A stretch of 64,000 bases of DNA. Origin: Polyangiales bacterium. GTDB taxonomy: Bacteria > Myxococcota_A > Polyangia > Polyangiales > Ga0077539. The stretch lies in NCBI GenBank assembly GCA_044229975.1, contig JBGARZ010000016.1, positions 64,001 through 128,000 of the forward strand, in the 5' to 3' direction. Positions 37,241 to 46,012 of the stretch are shown here, one piece after another. The notes beneath the pieces are model-generated. The model ran no database searches. It had not been told where the DNA came from and saw only the letters and a program-made list of their open reading frames with translations. The position numbers and the translations under genes were made by a program. Numbering within the stretch: the stretch's first letter is position 1; each line of letters begins with the position of its first letter.

Positions 37241-39940
37241 TCAGGGGAAGCCGACGACCTGCGTGGGTAGGCAACCGTCGCCGCAGGTCCCGTCTCCCGC
37301 CTGTCCCCGGACGGTGTTGCCCCAGCAGGCGACGGTCGCGTCGGAGAGGACGGCGCAGACATGATCCAGGCCGGCCTGCACGCGCACCGCTGGCCGCGAT
37401 AGCGCGACGGGCTCCGGCATCAACCGACGCACGATGTCACCGGCGCCGAGCTGGCCCGCGTCGTTGCGGCCCCAGCAGTACACCGCTCCGCTTTCGGTGC
37501 GAGCGCAACTGAAGGCGATGCCTACCGCGACCTCGACGACTCCCAACAGGCCCGCCACCACCACCGGGGTGGAGCGGGTCATCGTCGTGTTGTCCCCGAG
37601 CGCACCATCGATGTTCGACCCCCAGCACCGAACCGAACGATCGCCCATCACGGCACACGCGTGGTCATCCGCCGCGTCGAGGTCCAACGCCCCGGAGATC
37701 CCGGATACCGCGCCTGGAATGTTGCGGCTGACGGTCGTGCCGTTGCCGAGCGTTCTGGAGCTGTTGGCCCCCCAGCACAGCACCCTCCCGTCGGCGCCCC
37801 TCGCACAGTTGTAGTCGCGCCCGGACCCCAACTGGGCAGCGTCCGTCAGGCCCATCACCGCCACCGGCTCGGAGGCGTAGGCGGAACTGCCGTTGCCGAC
37901 CTGACCGAGTTCGTTGCCGCCCCAGCACTGCACCGTCCCCGCCGCGAAGCGCGCGCAGACGTTCCTCTGCCCGTGCGTCAACTGAACCGCTCCAGGCACA
38001 CGATCGACCCGTTCGGGCACCGGGCGGATGGACCCCGCAAGCGAGGTGAGAAGGCTGAAGTCGTTGTCGCCCCAGCACCAGATCGACCCGTCTCGGCGGC
38101 GTGCGCAGCTCCGGTCGCCGCCGAGGAAGACCTGGTCGACCTCGTCGATGCCGACGGCCGCCACGGGGGTCGCCCGCGGCACGGTGGTCGCGTCTCCCAG
38201 CTCTCCGAAATGGTTGTCGCCCCAGCAGCGCACTCCGCCGTCGGCGAGGACGGCGCACGTGTGGCGCGCCGAGGCGTCGAGCCCGACGACGTTGCGGAGC
38301 CCGACGACCGCGACCGGCGTGGCGCGTATCGCGTTCGACCCGTCGCCGAGGCGCCCGCTGGCCGAGGTACCCCAGCAACGCAGCGAGCTGTCCCCCAGTC
38401 GCGCGCAGACCGACCTCGCGCCCGAGCTGACGTCGACGACCCCGGCAAGGCCCGGCACCGCCGCGGGCAGCCCGCGCTCGGCAGCAAGACCGTTTCCGAG
38501 CTGGCCGTGGGTGTTGTTTCCCCAGCAGTGGACGGAACCGTCCGCTCGGCGCGCGCAGTTGTGCGCTCCTCCCGCCGTGAGCTGCACGACCCCGGACAGT
38601 CCCTCGACCGGTACGGGTCGGTCGGAAGGCGTGCTGCCGGTCCGCCCAAGTCGGCCGTCGAGGTTGCTGCCCCAGCACCGGACGGTGCCGTCGACCAGTC
38701 GAGCGCAGGTGTGGTCTGACCCAAGCGCGAGCTCGGCCGCAGGGGGGAGACCCACGACCGCAACCGGCGCGTGGCGGAGCGTCCGGGTGCCGTCGCCGAC
38801 CTCCCCGACCGTGTTCGAACCCCAGCACCAGACGGAGCCGTCGGCGCGCCGGGCGCAGGTATGGTCCGAACCCGCGCGGACCTCGACCACCTCCGTGAGC
38901 CCGGCGACCACGGCCACATCGTCGGTATCCCCCGGCACGCCGCGACCGAGCTGGCCCTGACCGTTGCTCCCCCAACACCGGACGGTGCCGTCGACCAGTC
39001 GAGCGCAAGTGTGGTTGTCACCCGCGCTGATGGCCGAGACCCCGGAGAGGCCCGGAACCACCCTCGCAACCCGCGCCGCCGTGGGGCGGTTGCTGCCGAG
39101 TTGATTGTAGTTGTTGCGCCCCCAACAGCGAACCGTGCCATCCGCGACGCGGGCGCAGGTATGGTTGCCGCCAGCGTTGATCTCCACGACCGCCGTGAGC
39201 GAGACCACGGGCACCGGCGTGAGCCGTTCGGTGGCGGCGGTGTTGTCCCCGAGCTGCCCGTCGACGTTGGCGCCCCAGCACCGCGCCGTGCCGCCCCGCA
39301 GGACGGCGCAGGCGTGACTGCCTCCGACCGAGATCTGCTCGACCACGACGGCCGGGCGGCAGCGCCCCAGCTCGCAGATCTGGTCCGCCCCGCACGCACC
39401 GCCGCATGCGGTCGAGTCGGGCTGCGTCGCCGCATCTGTTGGAGGTGGGGGTTGGTCTGAAAGGGGTAGATCCGGCGGCGATGGGGCGTCGGTGGTGGCG
39501 TCCTCCATGGCGTCAGTGCGGAGGACATCGACCGCGGGGACATCGATCGCGGGGACATCGACCGCGGGGACATCGACCGCGGGGACGTCGACCGTGGGGA
39601 CGTCGACCGTGGGGACGTCGACCGTGGGGACGTCGTCTTGCGCGTCGGGGTGATCGCCCATCGGCGTGACTGCGTCGGTCGCGACGAGTCCGCTGTCGGG
39701 GAGCGCGGAGTCGAGGGAAGGCACGAGGATGTCCTCCTCGCTCGGACGTGAATCGCGCTGCTCTTGAGGGGTATCGGGAAGCGCAACCGCGGAATCGATC
39801 GAAGGCGTCGCGTCTTCGTTTGGTCTTTCCTCATCGAGGACGAGGACGTCGTTGGTGGAGGGCGACACCGTCGCAGTCGGAGCGCAACCGCACCAGACGA
39901 CCAGAAGCGCGCACCACCCAAGCCCCGCCCCTCTCACCAT
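37241..39940 (-). CDS. RCC1-repeat exported protein / probable lipoprotein
   Basis: About 14 repeats of GxxHTCA..DGTVRCWGxNxxGQLG; hydrophobic N-terminus with Cys; acidic linker. Confidence 0.9.
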   Translation of the reverse strand: MVRGAGLGWCALLVVWCGCAPTATVSPSTNDVLVLDEERPNEDATPSIDSAVALPDTPQEQRDSRPSEEDILVPSLDSALPDSGLVATDAVTPMGDHPDAQDDVPTVDVPTVDVPTVDVPAVDVPAVDVPAIDVPAVDVLRTDAMEDATTDAPSPPDLPLSDQPPPPTDAATQPDSTACGGACGADQICELGRCRPAVVVEQISVGGSHACAVLRGGTARCWGANVDGQLGDNTAATERLTPVPVVSLTAVVEINAGGNHTCARVADGTVRCWGRNNYNQLGSNRPTAARVARVVPGLSGVSAISAGDNHTCARLVDGTVRCWGSNGQGQLGRGVPGDTDDVAVVAGLTEVVEVRAGSDHTCARRADGSVWCWGSNTVGEVGDGTRTLRHAPVAVVGLPPAAELALGSDHTCARLVDGTVRCWGSNLDGRLGRTGSTPSDRPVPVEGLSGVVQLTAGGAHNCARRADGSVHCWGNNTHGQLGNGLAAERGLPAAVPGLAGVVDVSSGARSVCARLGDSSLRCWGTSASGRLGDGSNAIRATPVAVVGLRNVVGLDASARHTCAVLADGGVRCWGDNHFGELGDATTVPRATPVAAVGIDEVDQVFLGGDRSCARRRDGSIWCWGDNDFSLLTSLAGSIRPVPERVDRVPGAVQLTHGQRNVCARFAAGTVQCWGGNELGQVGNGSSAYASEPVAVMGLTDAAQLGSGRDYNCARGADGRVLCWGANSSRTLGNGTTVSRNIPGAVSGISGALDLDAADDHACAVMGDRSVRCWGSNIDGALGDNTTMTRSTPVVVAGLLGVVEVAVGIAFSCARTESGAVYCWGRNDAGQLGAGDIVRRLMPEPVALSRPAVRVQAGLDHVCAVLSDATVACWGNTVRGQAGDGTCGDGCLPTQVVGFP
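39524..39635 (-). repeat. 15-bp tandem repeat x 7 encoding VDVP(T/A)
   Basis: GAC(A/G)TCGACCG(C/T)GGG units read directly. Confidence 0.9.
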
Positions 39941-40061
39941 GGGAACCGGAGTACCACGTTGAAAGGATCGCGGACAGACGACCACCTCGTCTCTCGCTCA
40001 CTCCTCCGCGGTCACCTTCTTCCGGCACGGCGGCGTTGGGACATTGCTCCGGAAGAGCGCC

Positions 40062-40190
40062 CGCCTACGCCCGCGGTGGACGTCCTTACCCGGAGGGACG
40101 CGACCGCCCACGCCCGCGGTCGTCGTCGTCCGTATCGCGGAACGCCGGAAGCTCCCTCCGGAATCGAGAACCGCGGGCGTGGGCGCTCGC
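40062..40190. repeat. Intergenic direct + inverted repeat cluster
   Basis: CGCC(C/T)ACGCCCGCGGT at 40062 and 40105; exact reverse complement of the second copy at 40170-40185. Confidence 0.7.
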
Positions 40191-40195
40191 TCCGA

Positions 40196-40969
40196 CTATC
40201 CCTTCGTCTTCGCCGCCTTCTTCTTCCGCCGCGGCGGCGTCGTCCGAAACGCCGCCAGCACCGGGTCGCCCGCCGCGAACGCGTACCCCGCCGCCGCCCG
40301 GATGCGCGCGAGCCCCCGCGACGCCAGCGTGTACACCGCGTCCCGTCGCTTGCGCAGCGCCGTCGCGCCGCTCACCGCGTGCAGTTGCGGCCGCAGCCCC
40401 TCGGCGAGCGCCACCATGCTCTCCAACCGCGCGCCCTCGCCCTGCGTCAGCGCCGCGAGCGTCCCCGCGTGCAGCGCCCAGAACGCCTTCATCTCCCCCG
40501 CGTCGTTGACCAGGTCGGCGATGCCTTCGCCGCGCTTGATCTTGAGCGCCCAGCGCAGCACCGCGCGGTTGCTCCGAAAGAGGTGCCGGATGCCTCGCAG
40601 CACCGCCGCCTGCGCCGCCCGCGCGTCCCGCTCCGCGCGCCCGATGGCCGGGTCGACCGGCTGCGCCGCGGCCGCGCCGACGTCGGCCACGGTCATCGCC
40701 AGCACCGCCACGAGGTCGGCCGTCCATCGCAGCTCCTCGCTCGTCAGCGGCGCGTCCGGCGCCATCGGAACCGCCACCAACGCCGCCCCCTTCGCCAGCG
40801 CCGTCTGCGTCGCGCGCACCATCCGCGGCAGCCGCTTGCCGAGCGCTCCTGGCGCGCGCGTCACCTCGTTGGACGGCAGCGCCGCCGCCGCCGCGTGCAC
40901 CGCCGCGATGCGCTCGGCCGACAGCCCCGTCGCTTTGTTCTTCCGCCCGCTCGCACGTGCCTTCGCCAT
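40196..40969 (-). CDS. Hypothetical alpha-helical protein with basic termini
   Basis: CAGGAG RBS upstream of ATG 40969; Ala-rich helical sequence. Confidence 0.65.
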   Translation of the reverse strand: MAKARASGRKNKATGLSAERIAAVHAAAAALPSNEVTRAPGALGKRLPRMVRATQTALAKGAALVAVPMAPDAPLTSEELRWTADLVAVLAMTVADVGAAAAQPVDPAIGRAERDARAAQAAVLRGIRHLFRSNRAVLRWALKIKRGEGIADLVNDAGEMKAFWALHAGTLAALTQGEGARLESMVALAEGLRPQLHAVSGATALRKRRDAVYTLASRGLARIRAAAGYAFAAGDPVLAAFRTTPPRRKKKAAKTKG

Positions 40970-41171
40970 CCCCACACGCTCCTGGTGCTGCGCCGCGCGT
41001 CCCCGATGGGCCGTCGCAACGCGGTCATCCATCGCTATCACGGCCCCGACGGTGCCAACAGGCGCCCGTCACCCGCGCCGCGGCACCCGGCAGCGACGCG
41101 CAGTCGCCAGAGCCCTGCGCGCAACGCCCGGATGGGCTGTCGCAACACCCGTCAGGGGCGTCGCGATCCCC

Positions 41172-42818
41172 TTACGGGCACTCGCAGGTCGCCTCGCGGC
41201 ACCCGGTGAGCCTCACCCGCAGCGTGTAGTCGCCCTCGTCGTCGAAGGCCGTCGACCCATCGACGACGATCACCACCCACCCGTCGCGCGGTGCCACGTA
41301 CGTCTGCGCGCCCGACCCGACGCGATCGCGGCACCAGAGGTCGCGGCTGCAGGTGACCGTTCCGCAGTCGGCGCCCTGGTAGATCTTGAGCGTGGCGTCC
41401 CACGACGACGTCACACACCCGTCGCCCCTGGTGAGCGTGACGGTGATCGTCTCTCCCGCGCGCGCCCAGATCCGGTACGCGTGGTCGCCGCCGGCGTCCC
41501 AGCTGCAGTCGTCGAAGCGGTTGGACGCGCTGCACGTGTCGCTCGCCAGCGAGAAGCCCGCCGTCGCCGCCGCCACCCGCCGACCGATCACCCGCGCTCC
41601 AGTGCAGCGGTCGCGGTTCTGCGTCCCGTTGGCGCACGCGTCCGCAGGAAACCCGCAGATCGGCGTCCCCGTACACGCACCCGCCGACGCGCACGCGTCG
41701 TTGATGGTCAGCGCGTTGCCGTCGTCGCACGGCCCCGTGCGCGGCGTCTGCATGCACGTCGCCGTCCCCGCACACGCTCGCGTCATGCACTGGTCGCTGT
41801 TGCACGTCACGGCCGTCCCGACGCAGCTCCCGGCCGCGCACGCGTCGGTGTGCGTGCACGCGTTGCCGTCGTCGCAGCGCGCCGCCGTCCGCCACTGCCA
41901 CGTCCCGCCATCGTTGGTGCAGTTGAACGTCTGCCCGCCGCACGCCACCGACTGACACAGCGAGTGCGTCGCGCCATCACACGCGAACTCCCCGCCGCCA
42001 CCGCACGTCCCCGCGGCCCCGGCGGCGCCGCAGCCCTGACAGGCGCGGGCAGTGCGCAGGAGGTTGGCGTTGCACTGGTCGGCGCAGAGGCCCGCGGTGG
42101 TGCGGCACCCCATCGACGGATCGCAGCTCCCGAGGCAACACTGGTTGCCCGCGCCGGGCGCACACGAGGCGGGGGCTGCGCCGCGACACGTTCCTGCGCC
42201 GTCGCAGGTGTCGGTGGTGGTGCAGGCGGCGCTGTCGTCGCAGGGGGTTCCCATCGGGTGGCGGGCGCAGGCGCCGAGGCCGTTGCAGACACCGGTGGTT
42301 CCGCAGGTGGCGGGGGCCTGGGCGGCGCACTCGGACTCGGGGTCGGTCGCGATCGGGTGGTTGGAGCAGCGGCCCTCGGAGCCCGCGAGCGCACAGCTCC
42401 GGCACGCCCCATCGCATGCGGTGTCGCAGCAGTAGCCGTCGACGCACGGACGGGCGCCGCACACGGCCGACGCGGTGGCGGGCGTGCAGGCGACAGGCCC
42501 GACCGGGGGAATGTCGACGGGCGGGATGTCGATGGTCGGTGGGATGTCGATGGGCGATGGGACGTCGATGGACGATGGCACATCGATGCGAGCGACGTCG
42601 GGAGTGGGCGGCACATCGATGCGAGCGGCGTCGACGACGGGCACATCGGCACGCGGAACATCCATGCCTGGGACGTCGGCACCGGGCACGTCGGGGACGT
42701 CGTCGGCCTCGACCACGTCGATGACGATCGAGGCGTCGTCGGTCAACATGTTTCCCCGCGCACAGCCGAAGCTCGCGAGCAGACCAAGGAGCGCGAGGCG
42801 AGCGTGCGGTGACCTCAT
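41172..42818 (-). CDS. Cys-rich lipoprotein with C-terminal PPC-like beta-sandwich
   Basis: Lipobox ASFGC; IDVP linker; CVDGYCCDTAC and CDDGNACT repeats; DHAYRIWA..VIVVDG..GDYTLRV. Confidence 0.82.
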   Translation of the reverse strand: MRSPHARLALLGLLASFGCARGNMLTDDASIVIDVVEADDVPDVPGADVPGMDVPRADVPVVDAARIDVPPTPDVARIDVPSSIDVPSPIDIPPTIDIPPVDIPPVGPVACTPATASAVCGARPCVDGYCCDTACDGACRSCALAGSEGRCSNHPIATDPESECAAQAPATCGTTGVCNGLGACARHPMGTPCDDSAACTTTDTCDGAGTCRGAAPASCAPGAGNQCCLGSCDPSMGCRTTAGLCADQCNANLLRTARACQGCGAAGAAGTCGGGGEFACDGATHSLCQSVACGGQTFNCTNDGGTWQWRTAARCDDGNACTHTDACAAGSCVGTAVTCNSDQCMTRACAGTATCMQTPRTGPCDDGNALTINDACASAGACTGTPICGFPADACANGTQNRDRCTGARVIGRRVAAATAGFSLASDTCSASNRFDDCSWDAGGDHAYRIWARAGETITVTLTRGDGCVTSSWDATLKIYQGADCGTVTCSRDLWCRDRVGSGAQTYVAPRDGWVVIVVDGSTAFDDEGDYTLRVRLTGCREATCECP

Positions 42819-43086
42819 AAGAAGGTCGGCAAACTATCGCGCTTCGCCATCAGCGCACAGGTGAGCGACGCGCGGATCAGTCCAGCGCGCGCGTCTCCAC
42901 CCGGCTGCCCGTCGGCCCGTTGCCCGCCACGCCGAGTGCGGTGTTGCGACCGCCCACTCCCCCTCCGGCGTCGAGGGAGCCCGCCTCGGTCCCCGAAGAC
43001 CCTTCAAGGGTCATCCTCCCGATGGTCTCCGGGGGCGTGTATCATCCCCGCGGAACCTTTCCCCTCCCCGAGAGTCATAGCGACCG

Positions 43087-43761
43087 ATGGCGACCTCCAG
43101 CACCGCAACCACCCTCGACGACATCCCGGCGCCGCCGCGCCCGGGTGAGGCCGACGCCCTCGACGAGGTGCTCGTCGGGCTCCCCGCTCCGCCGCGCGCC
43201 CGCCGCCGTGTCCTGGCCGTCCTGCTCACGGCCATCCCCGTGGCGTCGCTGTTTCTCGCGTCGCAGATGCTCGACGACGTGCGCTACGCCATGGCCTCGG
43301 CGACCCCGGTCGCGCTCGGCGACGGGCTCACCGCCAACCCCGCCAGCGTCGGGCTCAACCAGTACGTCACGCTCCGTGCGACCCCGGGCATCGCCGGGGC
43401 CGTCACCTACTCGCGCCTGCTCTGGCCGGGTGAGCATCTCGTCTTCCCGGTCGCCGGTCGCGACGGCGCCGCCATCTACGTGCAGGTTTCGCAAGACGGC
43501 GGTCAGGCCGCCATGACGCGCGCGGAGTTTCAGGGGCGGCTCACCCGCTTCGGTGGTTCGGGCGGGCGCTACGCGGGCGTCAGCCGCTACCTCCACCACT
43601 CCCTCCGCGCTCCCGTCCACGGCGACACCTGGCTGCTCGTGGACGGCGCCACGCCCCGGCGTCACCTCTGGGCGCCGCTCGTCGTCACGCTGCTCCTGGC
43701 CATCGCCATCACCGACCTCGGTCTGCTCCGTCGGCTGTTTCGCGCCGACCCGCGCGCCTAA
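43087..43761 (+). CDS. Hypothetical membrane protein (two TM segments)
   Basis: Two hydrophobic helices flanking a beta-rich soluble domain; typical codon bias. Confidence 0.75.
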   Translation: MATSSTATTLDDIPAPPRPGEADALDEVLVGLPAPPRARRRVLAVLLTAIPVASLFLASQMLDDVRYAMASATPVALGDGLTANPASVGLNQYVTLRATPGIAGAVTYSRLLWPGEHLVFPVAGRDGAAIYVQVSQDGGQAAMTRAEFQGRLTRFGGSGGRYAGVSRYLHHSLRAPVHGDTWLLVDGATPRRHLWAPLVVTLLLAIAITDLGLLRRLFRADPRA

Positions 43762-43831
43762 GCCGTCGCGCCCGCGGACGTCCGCGGGTAGAGTGCCGCC
43801 TGCGGTTCGATGCCGCGCGGGAGTGTCAGCG

Positions 43832-45004
43832 ATGGGTGACGTCGAAGAGTCTTTCTCCACAGATGATCTCGTCGCGCTGCTCGCCGACGCCGGGGAGGTC
43901 GACGCGGGCGTCGAGGTGCTCGAAGCCATGCGCGCGAGCGACCCGGGCTCGACCACGGCCATCCGCCTCCAGGCGAGGCTCTTCGCCGTCGAGGTGGTGG
44001 CGCCCAACCGTCGCCGCGAGGTGCTGACCCGCCTGCGCGACGGCCGGGTCGACGCGCTCGCCCGGCAGGGAGCTCTCCTGGAGGCGTGCGTTGCCCTGCG
44101 GCTGCTCAACCGGGAGTTTCCCGAAGAGCCCATGTGGTCCGAGAAGCTCAGCCGCCTCGAAGACCTCCTCGAACCGCTGCCCAACGCCCACGGCGACGCG
44201 CGGCGCGCCCACGTCGACGCCCTCATCGCCATGGGCAAGACCCGCGAGGCGTGGGAGCTCCTCCGCGAGATGGTCACCGACTCGCCCATGGAGCTCGAGC
44301 TCGCCCGGCGGGCCGACGCGCTGCGGGGGTTGTTGTTCGAGGCGGTGCATACGCGGCCGTACCGCGAGGGCGACGTGGCGCTGCCGCGGCCCGCGCAGGA
44401 GGAAGGGCCCGAGACGGTGTTTGCCCGCGCCCAGGAGGACGTCGCGCGTGGCGATCTGCGCGCGGCCCTCGACCGGGTGGCGCTGCGCTCGGCGCCGGCC
44501 GCCGACGCCGTGCGCTGGGGCCGCTACCGCGACGCGCTCACCGAGCTGGTGGGCATCATCGACGCGGGCGAGGGCCTCGGCGCGAGCACCCAGGACGACG
44601 AGACCGCGCGCATCGGGATGACCGAGGTGGTCGACCTGAAGATCCGCGCGGGCGCCCTCCCGGAGGCCCGCGACGACGCCCGGCGGCAGCTCGCGGCGCA
44701 CCCCGATGCGACCGAGGCCAACATCCTCGTGCGGCGCATCGCGGCGCTCGACGAGGTGCTCGGCGACATGGCCCGCGCGCCCACGGCTCCGGCGCCTGCT
44801 CCCGTGCCCGTGGTGGCCTCGGTCGAAGTGGAGATCGTGCGCGACTCGCCCGTGGTGCCCGCGATGCCGGTGATGCCTGAAGCGCCTCGGCTGGAACCCT
44901 CCGACGAGGACATGACGCAGCGCCGCTCGTCGCTCCCGACGCCGGGTGCGGCGGCGCCCGGGTCCATCGAGGTGAAGCGTCGGAAGATCGTTCGGCTGGG
45001 CTGA
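43832..45004 (+). CDS. Hypothetical helical (TPR-like) protein
   Basis: GGGAG RBS; ATG 43832; acidic helical composition. Confidence 0.7.
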   Translation: MGDVEESFSTDDLVALLADAGEVDAGVEVLEAMRASDPGSTTAIRLQARLFAVEVVAPNRRREVLTRLRDGRVDALARQGALLEACVALRLLNREFPEEPMWSEKLSRLEDLLEPLPNAHGDARRAHVDALIAMGKTREAWELLREMVTDSPMELELARRADALRGLLFEAVHTRPYREGDVALPRPAQEEGPETVFARAQEDVARGDLRAALDRVALRSAPAADAVRWGRYRDALTELVGIIDAGEGLGASTQDDETARIGMTEVVDLKIRAGALPEARDDARRQLAAHPDATEANILVRRIAALDEVLGDMARAPTAPAPAPVPVVASVEVEIVRDSPVVPAMPVMPEAPRLEPSDEDMTQRRSSLPTPGAAAPGSIEVKRRKIVRLG

Positions 45005-45009
45005 GACGC

Positions 45010-45963
45010 TCAGCGCCCGAAGAGGAGGATGTACCCGCGGCGCATCATCCTCGGCGGCGCGTCGAAGCCGTGGTCGAAGACCTCCGCCTGCTCGGGGATG
45101 TGCGCGGGCATCGGGATCTCCCCCCGCGCCTCGAGGCCCGCCAGCGCGAAGAGCCCGGTGAGCCGGTCGCGGTCGTACTCGTTGTCGGGGTACAGCCAGT
45201 CCTGGTGGTAGGCCAGCCGGCCGGTGCCGGGGCGCAGCACGCGGGCGAAGGCGCGGAGCTGCGCGACGGCCTCGGCGCGCTGTGAGTTACGGCCGAAGCC
45301 GAAGACGTTGATCATCAGCATCCGGTCGATGCTGTCGGCCACGACGTCGTCGAGGCCGGTGTCGCTGGGGCGCGTGACGTGGCGGGTGTCGACGCGCGCC
45401 CGGCGCGCTGCGGGAACGATCTCGACCTCGCTGCGGAGAACCTCCAGCGCGCGCGCGTCGACGTCCGTCGCGTAGACGAGCCCGGTGGGCCCGACCCGCT
45501 GGGCGATGGGGATGGTCAGGAGCCCGCGGCCGGCGCCCACGTCGGCGACCCGCATGCCGGGCGCAAACCCGAGGCCCTCCAGCAGCAGGGCGTGGATGCG
45601 CTCGACGTCCTGCGACGAGCGGTCGGAGTAGAAGTAGAAGTTGCGGGGGCGAGGGTCATCGGCGGCGAAGCAGATGCCGCGGTTGCAGTTGAGCGTGCCG
45701 CTGCAACGGCCGTTGGGCAGGCACCCGCACCCGGGGGCGCCGAGCTCGCAGCGCGCGGCGGCGCACACGCCGTTGTTGCAGGCGCCCTCGTCGCAGCCGC
45801 CGAAGGTGTTGCAGGCGCAGCCGATCTGACCCTGCACGCAGTGGGCGTCGTGGGCGCGTGCGCGGGCCGTGGGGTCGCGCCGCCGCGAGAGCACGACGCC
45901 TCCGACCAGGGCGACCACGAGCACCAGGAGCAGGGCAAGCGCGCGTCGGGGGACCGCTTTCAC
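45010..45963 (-). CDS. Class I SAM-dependent methyltransferase fused to N-terminal TM anchor and Cys-rich module
   Basis: VADVGAGRG motif I, VYATDV, ARVLRPG; N-terminal TM followed by two Cys-rich repeats. Confidence 0.82.
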   Translation of the reverse strand: MKAVPRRALALLLVLVVALVGGVVLSRRRDPTARARAHDAHCVQGQIGCACNTFGGCDEGACNNGVCAAARCELGAPGCGCLPNGRCSGTLNCNRGICFAADDPRPRNFYFYSDRSSQDVERIHALLLEGLGFAPGMRVADVGAGRGLLTIPIAQRVGPTGLVYATDVDARALEVLRSEVEIVPAARRARVDTRHVTRPSDTGLDDVVADSIDRMLMINVFGFGRNSQRAEAVAQLRAFARVLRPGTGRLAYHQDWLYPDNEYDRDRLTGLFALAGLEARGEIPMPAHIPEQAEVFDHGFDAPPRMMRRGYILLFGR

Positions 45964-46012
45964 GGCGGCGATACGACATCCAATGGGCGCTGCCCGTCAA
46001 CGGTCAACGCCG

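Noticed and set aside
40023..40038. CGGCACGG as another sigma54 promoter
   Set aside because: No GC at the -12 position and no plus-strand gene downstream.
42819..43086. tRNA/SRP or other ncRNA in the 268-bp intergenic gap
   Set aside because: Only a short palindrome (GACCCTTCAAGGGTC); no cloverleaf, T-loop or SRP motif recognised.
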